A stretch of 63,723 nt of DNA, counting the filler, from Chiloscyllium plagiosum (Eukaryota), in the NCBI RefSeq assembly GCF_004010195.1. It is 5 parts of one record of this genome, joined end to end, with 100 filler letters (N's around TTAATTAATTAA, not from the genome) between each part and the next. Parts side by side here need not be neighbours in the genome. Positions count along the whole stretch, not along the records: positions 61,285 to 63,723 come from NC_057714.1; 4 more parts are not named here. One strand, given 5' to 3'. Made by a program: the position numbers and the translations under genes. Position 1 is the first letter of the stretch. Every line of letters starts with the position of its first letter. Positions 63,522 to 63,723 of this stretch are shown piece by piece. The notes under the pieces were generated by a model, which was not told where the DNA came from, ran no database searches, and saw only the letters and a program-made list of their open reading frames with translations.

Positions 63522-63723
63522 CATCTCCTCTAGCCCCTACAACCCTCCCTATCTCTGTGACTTCCTCCATCCCCTATACCCCTCCATATCTCTGTAATAT
63601 CCTCCAGCCCCTACACCCCTCCCTATCTCTGTAATATCCTCCCACCCCTACACCCCTCCCTATCTCTGTAACCTCCTCCAGCCCCTACTTCCCTCCCTAC
63701 CTCTTTAATATCCTCCAATCCTT
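63522..63723. repeat. ~36-37 bp minisatellite (ccctccctatctctgtaa..tcctccagcccctaca)
   Basis: At least five diverged tandem units up to the window edge. Confidence 0.85.

Overview
Repeat-dense vertebrate genomic DNA, very probably from a shark or ray. This is inferred from the HE1-type tRNA SINEs and the elasmobranch-type CR1, Penelope and Tx1 families. The only host coding sequence I recognise is the terminal exon of an ADAR-family gene on the + strand (26326-26538), best matching ADARB2/ADAR3. It follows a long intron (no upstream exon recognised in the 26 kb before it) and precedes a probable ~3.4 kb 3' UTR. The rest is nested transposable elements: many CR1 LINE fragments, SINEs, a Gypsy LTR remnant, Tx1/L1 fragments, a TA-flanked MITE and a Harbinger-like remnant. 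There is also a ~4.7 kb Penelope element (RT + GIY-YIG) with inverted ends. The most notable signals are four. (1) More than a dozen minimal hammerhead-ribozyme motifs (CUGANGA-stem II-GAAA-palindrome-NUH) sit in Penelope termini and short Penelope-derived fold-back elements. (2) One Penelope-derived insertion contains a ~590 bp copy of its own target site between its inverted ends. (3) The shark ADAR3-like C-terminus keeps the ADAR2-type Asp (EQDQF) and has a short extension. (4) One CR1 has a twin-priming-like 5' inversion. Four 100-bp gaps with TTAATTAATTAA linkers are assembly artefacts.
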